Translations under genes and position numbers: made by a program
Part shown: one piece after another, positions 1 to 11,360 of the stretch
Layout of the letters: every line of letters begins with the position of its first letter
Position numbering within the stretch: position 1 is the first letter of the stretch
Notes under the pieces: generated by a model
Told to the model about the DNA's origin: nothing
Database searches by the model: none
What the model saw: the letters and a program-made list of their open reading frames with translations, nothing else
Source of the DNA: Paraspadella gotoi
Taxonomy: Eukaryota > Animalia > Chaetognatha
DNA length: 64,000 nucleotides
Assembly (NCBI GenBank): GCA_051294375.1
Contig: CM119264.1
Location: 27,037,659 to 27,101,658, forward strand
Reading direction: 5' to 3'

Positions 1-652
1 CGAAATAGTTTATGATGTAAAAAGAAATCTATAATTATATAAAGCATATTTGCCGTATCAAATCAATAGCCGTTCTGTTCTGCTAAATCCTGGGTTTTAT
101 AATTATCCAATCACTAATGAAATTCATAAACCTCATCAGGCGTAATCACTTAATCATCATAATCAGTTATCATCTTCAATAACAATTTAACAATGCAATG
201 ACAGAGAGGATGTGATAGAGAAAGAAGAACAAGCAGACACATTTAACTGTCGTCGTCGCTCTCCGCCCTTTTGGACGTGTGGGAGACACGGGAACCAATG
301 AAACGGTGGGACGGCGGTGTCGGCCGGCGGCGGTGATAAATCGTGTCGTGCCGTGAAAAGGTCGCGCGGATCCAGTCTGTGACGTGACCGCACAATGATC
401 CAATCAACAGGGAAGATCGCCGAAGACTGGTGATTCACAAGGGTGAACGAGAGAGAGTCACAGAGAAAGAATGGAACGCGAGCAGGTGAGACGGTGCACG
501 TGACTTGGTTTCATTAAATTATGGTTATGAAACATATAAAAGCAATTCAGATTGAATGACAGACAGACAGACAGACAAATTAATAAAAGACAAACGTATG
601 AATTGAATGAAAAAGGGAAAAAATTTCATAAAATCTTCTTTAAAAATGATTG

Positions 653-659
653 AAAAAAA
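653..659 (-). terminator. RNA polymerase III oligo-T terminator of tRNA-Gln
   Basis: A-run on + (T-run on -) immediately 3' of the tRNA discriminator base. Confidence 0.8.
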
Positions 660-730
660 AGGTCCCACGAGATTCGAACTCGGGCTGCTGGATTCAAAGT
701 CCAACGTGCTAACCACTACACCATGGGACC
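660..730 (-). tRNA. tRNA-Gln, anticodon TTG
   Basis: Reverse complement reads GGTCCCATGGTGTAGTGGTTAGCACGTTGGAC-TTTGAA-TCCAGCAGCCCGAGTTCGAATCTCGTGGGACCT. It has acceptor stem GGTCCCA/TGGGACC, D-arm with A box, anticodon loop CT-TTG-AA and TTCGAA T-loop (B box). It closely resembles eukaryotic tRNA-Gln. The 3' T-stem arm is one G short. Confidence 0.92.
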
Positions 731-1560
731 ACCGATACCGGGTTAGCCAGTCTTGATCGGATATTTTAAATAGAGAAAGGAAGCGAGTCCCGGCGATAGA
801 GCAAAACGAGAGAGAGATAGAGGCGGAGTGACCCAGAAAGACGGAGAGAGAGACGGCCGAGGAGACAGACCGGCTGTCAAGTCGAGACAACGAATCACCG
901 ACGGGAGAATAAAAACGAGAGAATCCTGAGAAATCGAGAAATCGTCTCTCTCTCTCCGACCGCGAAACAAGTTGAGTAAGGCGGGCGGCGCGGGATCGAG
1001 CATGGAACGAACCCGGATCGGGGCCTCGAATGGAAACGAGCGGAAAATCGATCCGTTTCAGTCGTTGCCTTCCAACGTCAGAAGTTAAAGCTAGGAGATT
1101 TGAAAAGGATTATACTTTATAGAGCGATGGGTCGATGGAATATAATATATTAGAATAGTCATTTGAGGTTTTTCGATTAAAACTAAACAAAGACCCGGAA
1201 ATGTATTTTACAATAAGACTTAACTGCTCTCCGGCTCCCAGAAGTTTCATTCTAAGAGTAGAAGGTACAAAGATCGAGACCTGTAACCGAGCCTTTTTTT
1301 TTATTTATATTCTCATTTTGGTTTAATTTCCCGGAATTGGGTATAGTTTTATTTTTTTAAACTCTCTGTATTAATTTTTTGGTAAAAATTTGTGAAAAAT
1401 ATTAAACAAAATTTTCATAAAATCTTTAAAATTTTCCACCGAATAGTTTTGTTTTTATTATTTAAATTTTTTATATCAACGTTATTAAATTTCTCCTAAC
1501 AACCCGATTTTCTCTCTCATTTTCTTCCTCTCTCTCTCGCATCGATTCAATCGTAAAAAG

Positions 1561-1660
1561 CGAATCCCTGTTACGAGGACTTTGGGATTTGTGATGTCGG
1601 ACGGATTTTAATGGCCTGCAGGTGGCATTTGGCAGTTGGGATTAAAGCTTTGAAGGAGGA
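1561..1660 (+). CDS. probable coding exon, UBA/CUE-like helical segment
   Basis: Open frame NPCYEDFGICDVGRILMACRWHLAVGIKALKE, preceded by a pyrimidine tract and ending at a GTAAGG donor (1661). The pattern resembles the LxxxxWxLxxAIxxL end of UBA-like domains (by eye only). Confidence 0.35.
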
Positions 1661-2496
1661 GTAAGGCAAGCGGTAATACAAAAATGACATTAGAAATATC
1701 GATGGAAAGAGCCATTATTGATTAACAATAACATCAACGTGATTAGCTTTATTAATACTATTCCTAATGAGAATCTAAACTAATAATAAACGCGGCTAGC
1801 TAATATGGCGGAAAGCGTTTGATTTTAAATGGAGGCGAAAAAATGAGGCAGAAAAAAATAGGAAGGTAGGATGCACTCATCCCAGCCTACTACCACGCCA
1901 TCTAACTCACCCGAACTCAAAACTCATTCGTCAACGCGCGATTCTGCGTTAAATATTAAATTTCCTCCCCTTTTTTTTCCAGTTGTCACCGCGAGGAAGC
2001 CCGAGTCGGCGACATCTGTCATTTTCGAGAAATCTGAATCCGCAATTTGTCATTCGTCCCGACTGAACGAATTCGTCAGTTCGATAAAATTTATTTGTCA
2101 ATTCGAGCTCGGGTTCATTTTGTGATTTTTCATTCTAGTCAACGAAAAGGAATTGGCATTTTTATTACCAAGTCGGCGAATGTAATATAACCATTGCGAG
2201 AAAAAGAAATTAAAATTTTAAGCAATATCTAGGGCGTTGACCGAGGCGTCGACGTCCATAAAAATAACGACGACAACAACAACGACGAGACGCAGTGATT
2301 TTTCGACTTTCCCACGTCACGAAATTAAACCGAATTTTCTATTCACCATCGGCAACGAGGTTTTCGCAATCCTCACACCTTTACTCACCATTTTTCAAGT
2401 CTCACTTTCACTTATTGCACCAGCGATTCATTTATCACTTCACAACCTCGTCGCCATCATCACTCCTCTCACTTCACATCCCCTAATTCCCATCAG

Positions 2497-2683
2497 TTTT
2501 CCCCCCCCCCCCAACTCTCCCTCAATCGCCAACTTCAAACCCTCCCGGAAACTCCCCCCTCCCCCCTCCTCACCCGCCCTCACCCGCCTCATCCTCGCGG
2601 GCGAGACGTTAGACGAAATGAAATTTCTCGGTCTCTCATTGGTCCAGACGGGAATCGACGACGCCTCCTTATTGGTCATCTAC
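2497..2683 (+). CDS. probable coding exon encoding the C-terminal two-thirds of a ubiquitin-like domain
   Basis: CATCAG acceptor (2496) and GTAAGC donor (2684). The peptide SPSIANFK...TRLILAGETLDEMKFLGLSLVQTGIDDASLLVIY aligns by eye to ubiquitin SDTIENVK...[30 protein letters not shown]. Confidence 0.55.
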
Positions 2684-2844
2684 GTAAGCAGTGAAACATC
2701 AGCTCGCGAGACTGCAACATTTTCGTCCATTATATAAGCTATTTCTTCTTTAATTTTCTTTTTTTGGTACGTATTATATTCTTCTTTTTTTTCCGACTCT
2801 TATTTTTTTTCTTTCGGACGAAATAAAGACTCTGTTGTCCCAAG

Positions 2845-3044
2845 ATAAAAATCGCGAGGGTCTTTTTATCCGAGGATTGCATAGAGAGAGAGAGAAAAGG
2901 CGCGACTCCAACCAACTCCATTATGCTGATCTTGAAAGGAGATACGCGAGCCTAAAGAAAGCTGGAGGAGAATGGAAATCGCTGGCGTTAGAAAACTCTC
3001 CGAATTTTAAAAAGGAGACTCGAAACAATACTGTACGCTACTGA
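2845..3044 (+). CDS. probable terminal exon of the ubiquitin-like-domain gene
   Basis: CCAAG acceptor, then a protein-like frame KNREGLFIRGLHREREKRRDSNQLHYADLERRYASLKKAGGEWKSLALE... to TGA. The phase does not match the upstream donor without one indel. Confidence 0.35.
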
Positions 3045-4581
3045 GTAAATTTAATATCGAGAAAAATGTTTTATTTTAATTTTTGACTCTCAGAGAAAAA
3101 AAAAGGAAAGTATTTATTCTGTTTAATTTTTGAAAACTCAATTGACAAACGAATTCAAACGAATCGTCAATCAAAACAACGACGATAGATTTACGTAAAA
3201 CGATTCGAAAACAACATCAAGCGTAAACATTAACATTAAAGGGAAACAGAACAAAAACATCGGAAGGCCCAGTGAACAACAACAACAACGACAACAAAGA
3301 ATGGTTAGGCGTCGCGACTCCGAATTGACGCACGACCGGCCAAACGATCGTTAAAAATTCAGGAGCGCAAACAAGCGTGACGTCAAACGCCCTAGTGACG
3401 CCTAGGGCGGCGGTTTGACGCTAAAATCTGTCTCGACGCCACCGCTTTTGTGACGGAAGGGGGCGAGGGTGCTTTAACGTCAAATATACACTTTAGACAT
3501 GTGACGCCATGGCATTACATGAAATTACCTTACACGCCAAAACCCCAGAGACGCCGTCAGACATCAATCCATGACGCCAACATCCTATCAACGCCCACCA
3601 TCCCTGAGACATTCGCGCCCATTGAGAAAAAACTCTTCCTTTGATTCTAGAGTCTCTGCGAGGAGAAAGAAGACATAACGTCTTGTGACGTCAAATGTCT
3701 GACGCTATGATTCGTCCCGACCCCCGTCTCCCGCCAGGTGCCCCCTTACCCTTCCCAAAAAGCTTGTCATATGACAAGGTGAAGTCGACCAATCTGGCGA
3801 GACCTGAGACGTTGATGGCAACCGTTGCAAGAGACGTCTTCGCAAATTAGACACGCGAGCAATGACGAATGCCAACAGAAGGACTAACGAACAAACAATA
3901 AATGAAAAAAAATCTATACAAATCGATACAAGAAAAAAAAATATATTTTTCTTGTTTGCAAGGAAACTTTGATATAGATTCCATTTTAATCGATTTAAAA
4001 TGCGATGACCTGTCCTTGTGTTTCGCCTCTTGCTTTTCGTGCCAAAGGAAATGTCACACGAATGTCATTTCCAGTTTCCTTTTTTTTTTCCTCAACTTTA
4101 TATTTTCTTTTTCCTTTTTTCCCTTCTTTCTTTTCTTTTTATTTCCATTTTCCATTTTCTAACCTCGAGGAGTTTTTCCGCCTTTTGGTCGCCAAGACTT
4201 TTTCCACCAACGTCAAAATAATCTAAAAGTTCTTTCTTCTATACTCCATACAGTCAACCCCACAGTATTCAAAAATATCCATTGCATAAAACCCTTTACT
4301 CCCCGTTGTATCTCAAGATGATATAAAAACCGACTCTAGATTCTGCGTCTCAGACGAGAGAGATAAGCGCCGCCTCCCAGATGGGCGTGGCGTTAAAAGC
4401 CCCGGGCGTTGAGCCCAGTTACATCCCTTAGATTTCTCTCGAGTCCCGGATGTCGTTCACTTGCGAGACGCGTTGCAAATTCTCTCTTTTTTTTTCTTTT
4501 CTTTTTTTATATTTCTGTGCCAACCAGAGGAGGAGCGCCAGTTCTTTGTAATTTTTTTTTTAGGTTTCTTAGCTTTTATTA

Positions 4582-4587
<6 letters not shown>

Positions 4588-4670
<83 letters not shown>
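4588..4670. repeat. (CT)n microsatellite
   Basis: Uninterrupted CT dinucleotide run. Confidence 0.97.
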
Positions 4671-4674
<4 letters not shown>

Positions 4675-5767
4675 TCTACCCTAAGCTCTTTCAGCCCGAG
4701 TCAAAGACCCTCGCACAAAGACTGTTTTGGCATTCATCTTCGTTTCTCAACAAAAAAAAAAACCTCCCCCTCTTTTTTTTGGGGGGAGGGGATTGGTTCG
4801 CGTTCGTCCTTCATGGTCGCTGAACCGAAACGAGGCTCTGGATCTTTTGTTTGTTTTTGGTGTTTTTTTGGTTTGTTGACGTGACGCGAGAAGTCTAGCC
4901 TCGTTTTCGGGTCGACGCATTCGTCAAGATTTTTTTTGTTTTTCTTGTTTCGTTTCGTCGTTTCTTTTTCTGTTTTCTTGCGACAAAACCGATTTCTTTT
5001 TAACAGATTTTTCGTGGTGTGACTTTGTCGCTAATGGTAGGGATTAGCAGTATTCGACGAAATTTTTATTTCTTTAATCGGCCGAAAATAATAGGGAATT
5101 TGATACCAAAAAACAAAGCTTTTTGAAATATTTGCTGTATGGAAAATACTGAAAATAAAAATTTTATTTTTTGAATATAGGTAGCGTAAGCATAACCCTA
5201 ACTTAAAAAACCAAAAAGAATCTTTCAAATAAGAAAAATATTGCAATAGTACAGAAAGCAATATTTCTTTTTATTGTAGCGCAAAAACTAGGCTTTCCTC
5301 GCAAAACATCTGGTTTATAGGAGATGCAAATGTATTTACTCCAAGGTATTTATCATTGATAATTCCCAAAAATGATGCGCAAAAAATGCGCCAGCAGCAG
5401 TTCTGGCGATAGTCATTTTATATATAGTTTCCTACTGCTATATTAAGGCCTATGAATCATCAATATGTATGAAACTGATATAATATATTTATTATGATCT
5501 TAAGACTTATCTTGCCTTTTTTTCTGCTTACAACCATTCCTCATTTGCTTAATATACATGATTCCTGTAATTATTATAATGGTATTATCTTTATTATAGT
5601 CTTTATTTTTAACAAATTTCAAACATAAACCTAAAGACTTCATTATTGATCCACAATTTCTGATACTTTTACTAAAATTGGCCACTGGGTTTATATGTAA
5701 TATCTTTGTTTCTTTTTATCTATGATTTGAGATTTATTTTCGGTATTCGTTTTTTCTTTGATTTTAA

Positions 5768-6658
5768 GGGGGACCCAGTGATAAAAATGATATCTAAGCT
5801 TAAGGGTCTATCATCAAAGGAATTTGAATTGGTGATAGTCATTAATTTTTCTTTGCACGGGGAAAGATGGCCAAAAAAATTCCTATCTCTTATTCTAGCG
5901 GAGGAACAAAAATTTAATAATTATAAAAAAAATTTAGTTGACCCTACCTAAATATTTATATAATCTATTATTTTATTTTTGCATTAGAAAGATTGTTTTC
6001 TAATTCTACTATATTTTTTTTATTTTTTTACTGTACAAAGCCTATAATTTTAGGTTTAAGCCTCATTGAACAAAGGCTTTACAAGACTAATATTTTTATT
6101 TTTTATATTTACTTAAAAGGCAGACACAATCAACTTAAATTTCTATTCTTACAGAAACAAAACTGTAATAATTATTAATTAATATTTGATATTCATCCCT
6201 TAAATGTATAATTAAACTATATTGATTCCTAATTATAACAATTAAAATTTAGCAAAGTACAGAATCTTTCTCTCTTTATATATATTATATTACTTTAAAG
6301 AGTTTTATTTATCAATAACAGAATCATTTGAAAAGAAAGTTTTAAATAAAATCAGTCGATACCTTAAATTTTGATTCATTCCTAGTTTTTTTTCTTATAA
6401 ATTTTATGATTAAAAGCTGAAAATCTTTTAAAATTAGATCATACCCTTTTTTGGAAAAAAAAATTTTAACTTGAAAAAAGATTTTCTTCTTACCGATTTT
6501 TTTTAAAGAAAATTAAGCTTGCTGATTTTAATCGAATTTTTAACTACTTTCCCAAATGATTTATAGAAGAAAAATTTATATGATCAGAACCAGCTTAAGT
6601 TAAAAGGGTCAAACTTTATGTTTTCAGCTTTTACCCCCCCCCTGTTCACTTGGTCCCC
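5768..6658. mobile_element. non-autonomous TIR DNA transposon (Kolobok-like ends), ~0.9 kb
   Basis: TTAA(5764-5767)-GGGGGACCCAGTGA ... TCACTTGGTCCCC-TTAA(6659-6662): imperfect ~13-bp TIRs with a TTAA target duplication and purine (GG) 5' termini. The interior is AT-rich and non-coding. Confidence 0.6.
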
Positions 6659-6764
6659 TTAAGAATTGAAACCGAAAAATAAATCGACTTTGAATCGGAG
6701 TTGTATAAAAATAAAGAGAAAAGAAAAGGGAGGAAGGAAAGAGATGAGGGGAATAAAGTGGGCT

Positions 6765-7350
6765 CAGGTTTTACGTCAATTACGCAATTCTACGCCAAAG
6801 CATCTTAACTTAATTAGTTTTATTTGAGGAAAATGAAAAAGTTTTTATGCCACACAAAATTAAATGATATTAATATGGTTTTCTGTTCAGTGTTCATTAT
6901 TTACGCCATTCTACGCCAAACCTGCATAAAAAAAGGCCGGAAAAATATTTATTAAAGCAAGACCTTAACCAAGTTAGTTTTTACTTAGAGAATAACAACA
7001 AAAGTCTTACGCCCACAGAAGTAAATAATATTTAAATGCTGTTGTTCATTTTACGCCATTATTCTACGCACATCTTATAAAAGAGGCCAGATAAAGTCTT
7101 TTAAAACCACTTAACCGAATAGCTTTACTAGGAAACAATCAGAAAGTCTTTACGCCACATCATGATATCTTCATATTAGAACGGTTTATTAACTTCATTT
7201 CCACGCCATTTAGCCACAATTCTTTTCAAATTAAATATAAACATTTACAATTATTAACTTTATATATCTTTAACATTTTTTGGAAAAAAATCATTACCGC
7301 GCATAATGTAATTAGGAAGATAATACGTTTTGCGTATTTTTTACGCCACC
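6765..7350. repeat. degenerate ~150-bp tandem repeat (about 4 units)
   Basis: TTACGCCATTCTACGCCA...CTTAAC...AAAGTCTTTACGCCAC...TTCATT-type blocks recur near 6770, 6900, 7050 and 7200. Confidence 0.6.
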
Positions 7351-7739
7351 AGCGCCAACAAACACATAAAAAAAAGAAAATCACATCTGAATCCAATACT
7401 AACAATGTATTTCTTAATTAGAGAAAAGCGTTTTCAAAAATGTTGGTTGAATATCCTTGACATCAGTAAGGAGGCAGAAACGTTACTATTCAAATTGACC
7501 GTAAATCAGTTTGGCGTAATCAAATATTTAAAGGTCAAACTTGTATTTAACGATTAAAGTACACTTCGTGTAGGCTTAATATAAATTTTAAAACCATCGA
7601 AATGAAAAAATTAGTATTTTTAAATTTTTTGTGCATACCCTACTAATGGGTCGGTTGAAGTCTGTTTGCTAATATTGAGATTAAAGGAATGAATGTTTGA
7701 GACCGATTTATATTTTGTACTTCAAGAAAGATTGATGCT

Positions 7740-7752
7740 GAAGAAGAGAGAA

Positions 7753-7828
<76 letters not shown>

Positions 7829-7991
7829 GGAGAGATCTTTATAATGGGCCAAGAAAGAGATAGAGAAAAAAAAACGGGAAAAAAATTTATCCCTTTTGCT
7901 CATCGGCCAGTTTCTCTTTCCTTCAGCGTCTCCATTTTTGTTATACATGTCTTCTCTCTCTCTCTCTCTCTCTCTCCTCTCTTTCTCTCTT

Positions 7992-8033
<42 letters not shown>

Positions 8034-8588
8034 GTCTCTCTCTCTCTTCTGTCTCTCTATCCATTCGTACATACGTCCTTCTTTCGTCTCTCTCTCTCTT
8101 TGCCTCTTTCTCTTTCCTTCTTTTCTCTTCTTTAGCAAAAAAAGGTCGACGAACTATCTCTCGCTCTCTCCTCTCTCGCTCTCTCTCTCTCTCCCTCTTC
8201 TCGCTCTCGCTCTTCCTCGTTTTTCTCCTCTCTTCGTGTCTCTTTCCCTTCATTGTTCGATGTGTAAAAGGGGGTTAGAGAGAGGGGAAAGAGAGAGAGA
8301 GAGAGAGAGAAGACGAGAGAGAGGTGAAAGGGCCGGGAGCGACGGGTGGGGGAGAGAGAGAGAGAGCGAGAGAGAGAGAGAGAGAGATAGATTCTCTGCA
8401 CAAATTGCCCATCCCTGTTCTCGCCTTTTGGTTGTTTATTCCTGATCATTTATGTTTTTAAAAAGTAACTGTTTTTGACTCTCTCTTTATTTTTCAACTC
8501 TTTCTTTTTATATTTTTCACTTTTCTCCTCTCCTTTGCTTCCCCCTCTCCTTTCCCTCAACATGATGATGTAATTTCTCTCTCTCTCT

Positions 8589-8640
<52 letters not shown>

Positions 8641-8720
8641 TCTCTTCTCTCCTCTCACTTTTTCCTTTCCCAATTAGTTTTTTCTTTTCAATATCCTTCC
8701 CCTCCTCTTCCTCTTCCCCC
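7740..8720. repeat. alternating imperfect (GA)n and (CT)n tracts
   Basis: GA 7740-7835, CT 7950-8250, GA 8280-8390, CT 8575-8720. Confidence 0.9.
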
Positions 8721-8740
8721 TCTTCCTCTTTCCTCTTCGA

Positions 8741-9030
8741 TCAGCGACTTTCTTGCAGTTCGTCCAAGTCCGCCATCTGCCGATTTCGCCATCAACGGCT
8801 CCGGCGATCACGCGCCAATCCATCTCGGTCATGTTGTGACGAACGACGCGTGCAACGAGAGAAAGGAGAAGCCAAGGGGAATGGAATAGGCGGAAAGGGG
8901 GGGAGAGCATTGCAGCGCGTCCACGATATCGGACATCTTGATGTGGGGCATCTCGACGTCGGCCAGAAATTTCTTGTCGGGTCGCGTGGGAGTTAGGTGT
9001 TCGGTAAAATTCTATTCCGGGAGAAAGAAG
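8741..9030 (-). CDS. probable coding (possibly terminal) exon of an unidentified gene, frameshifted in this assembly
   Basis: GC-rich island between microsatellites, starting after a TTTGCAG acceptor. Protein-like pieces lie in adjacent frames: PDKKFLADVEMPHIKMSDIVDALQ / LLSLVARVVRHNMTEMDWRVIAGAVDGEI / QMADLDELQESR-stop. Confidence 0.45.
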
Positions 9031-9113
9031 CTGCAAAGCGACAGACAATGAAGTCAGTGTGTGAGAGGAGAGAGAGAGAAGAAGAGAGAGGAGAGAGAGA
9101 GAGAGAGAGAGAT

Positions 9114-9144
<31 letters not shown>

Positions 9145-9570
9145 TGTATTAATATATATAGAGAGAGAGAAAGCCGATCGAAGATGCGGCACGCGACGTC
9201 GAAAAACGATTTTTGTGGAACAAAAAAAACGAATCTCTTCCATTGGTTTCCCTTCGGTTCAGATTGTCTTCCAACGATGCCATCCGTTTTCGTTGCCCAA
9301 CGACGCAATCAACTTTCGCTTTCCAACTTTGACGATTTCGCTTCCAAACGTTAACTAAATCGCTTCTCTCCGCTTCCAAACATTTTTAATGATTGTTCTT
9401 TTTTGCTGCCGTCAGTTTTGGTTTCATGACATCATTGCTTTCGTTTTTATTTTCTTTCTTTATTACAATTTGTTTTAAATAATAATGTACACATTAACAT
9501 TAACATTAACATTAACATTACTTAAATCTTTTCACTACTCCTCTCTTCACCGTCATCTCTTCCCCATTTC

Positions 9571-9942
9571 ACTCTCTTCCTTTTCTTAATATCTTCCTTC
9601 ACTCTCTTCCTTTTCTTAATATCTTCCTTCACTCTTTTCCTTTTTTAAATATCTTCCTTCACTCTTTTCCTTTTTTAAATATCTTCCTTCACTCTTTTCC
9701 TTTTTTAAATATCTTCCTTCATTCTTTTCCTTTTTTAAATATCTTCCTTCACACTCTTCCTTTTTTTAATATCTTCCTTCACTCTCTCCTTTTTTTCTAA
9801 TATCTTCCTTCACTCTTTTCCTTTTTTTAATATCTTCCTTCACTCTTTTCCTTTTTTAAATATCTTCCTTCACTCTTTTCCTTTTTTTAAATATCTTCCT
9901 TCACTCTTTTCCTTTTTTAAATATCTTCCTTCACTCTCTTCC
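9571..9942. repeat. 30-bp minisatellite, ~12 copies
   Basis: Head-to-tail units of ACTCTTTTCCTTTTTTAAATATCTTCCTTC with small variants and no spacers. Confidence 0.95.
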
Positions 9943-10685
9943 GCTTCGATTCATTCCTAATTTCCTTTCCCTTTTCTCTTTCTCGTCTCTCTCGTCCGCT
10001 TCCATTAATTCCGCTTCAATCAAATCCTTTCCATTTCTGGAGAGTTTTTAATTTCTTGCTCTCCCGACTCCGACTACCAATTTTTTCTGTCGTCGTTCGT
10101 CGTCGTCGTCGTCGTCCTCATCATCGTCGTCGTCGTCGTCCTCCCAGTCTGTGCCTTTTTGCTCCCACGTAAAGGAGAATTCCAGCGGAAAGAGTCCAGG
10201 GTTACGGCGGTCTCGTTTCTAGGAGCAACGACCGATGGTGTTTCTTTTCTTTCCTCCGTCTCTTTTCTTTTCTTTTTTTTTCTCTTCCTCTAACGCGTCC
10301 GATCCCGGGATCCTTACTTTCCTTTTTTCCTTTTTTTTTCCTTTTTTCTTTCTTTCTTCTTTTTTCTTTCTCTTTCCTCGTTTCTTCTTTCTATCTCTCT
10401 GTTAGGCCGAAATCTTTTTCTCTCTTGCTCTTTCCTTCGCTTTTTTTCTACCGAATTAACTTTCCTATTTTTTTATTTAAATCACTTTATCCATCTTTTT
10501 ATTTTTCTCTCAAACTTTCCTTCGTTTCTTTGTTTCCTTTTATAATTTTTTCTATCCCAACTCTTCTCTCTTCCTTATCTTTTAACTTCTCTCTTTGACC
10601 AATTTTCTCTTGTATTTCTATTTTGCTTTCCTCTCTTATCTCCTCTTTCTATCTCCTTCCATCATCTCTAATATTTCTCTCTCTT

Positions 10686-10817
<132 letters not shown>

Positions 10818-10871
10818 ACCGTCCTCTGGTTTCTCTCCTCTCTTCTCCGCCCACCTTCTGACTTTCGGCCC

Positions 10872-10981
10872 ATGAAAGACCTCCTCCTCCTCCTCTTCCT
10901 CCTTCTCCTCTTCCTCCTCCTCCTTTCCTCCTCCGCAGCGGGGGCGCCTGCGCAGCGGCGTCGGCACGCGACTTGGCATCG
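10872..10981 (+). CDS. candidate first exon with signal-peptide-like N-terminus
   Basis: ATG at 10872 gives MKDLLLLLFLLLLFLLLLSSSAAGAPAQRRRHATWH. The donor GT at 10982 is weak (GTCTCT), and the Leu run is encoded by a CTC-rich tract. Confidence 0.35.
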
Positions 10982-11040
10982 GTCTCTCTCTCTCTCTCCC
11001 GTCTCTTCCCCTCTCTTCCCCTCTCCCCTTTCTCTTCGAG

Positions 11041-11074
11041 TCTCGCTTGCAATGACGTCGTCGTCTTGGCAAAG
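11041..11074 (+). CDS. candidate micro-exon
   Basis: Reads LACNDVVVLAK, ends at an AAG|GTGGGC donor, and is phase-compatible with the flanking candidate exons. The acceptor is an uncommon GAG. Confidence 0.3.
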
Positions 11075-11195
11075 GTGGGCTTCGACCAACCAGATTGTTT
11101 GACTCCGATCCTCGACCAATCATCAAAACTGCACGTGGGCGGAAAGAAGAAAACGGGAGAAAGAGAGAGAAAAAGCAGTTGGTCGTCCTTTTAGA

Positions 11196-11257
<62 letters not shown>

Positions 11258-11322
11258 CAGGCCAGACGATTCCGAGCGTGTGGCGAGTGCGTGTATGTGC
11301 GTCTGTCTCTCTCTCTCCTCTC

Positions 11323-11360
<38 letters not shown>

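Noticed and set aside
9571-9942. CRISPR-like regular array
   Set aside because: Units are contiguous with no unique spacers, there are no cas genes, and the context is eukaryotic. It is a minisatellite.
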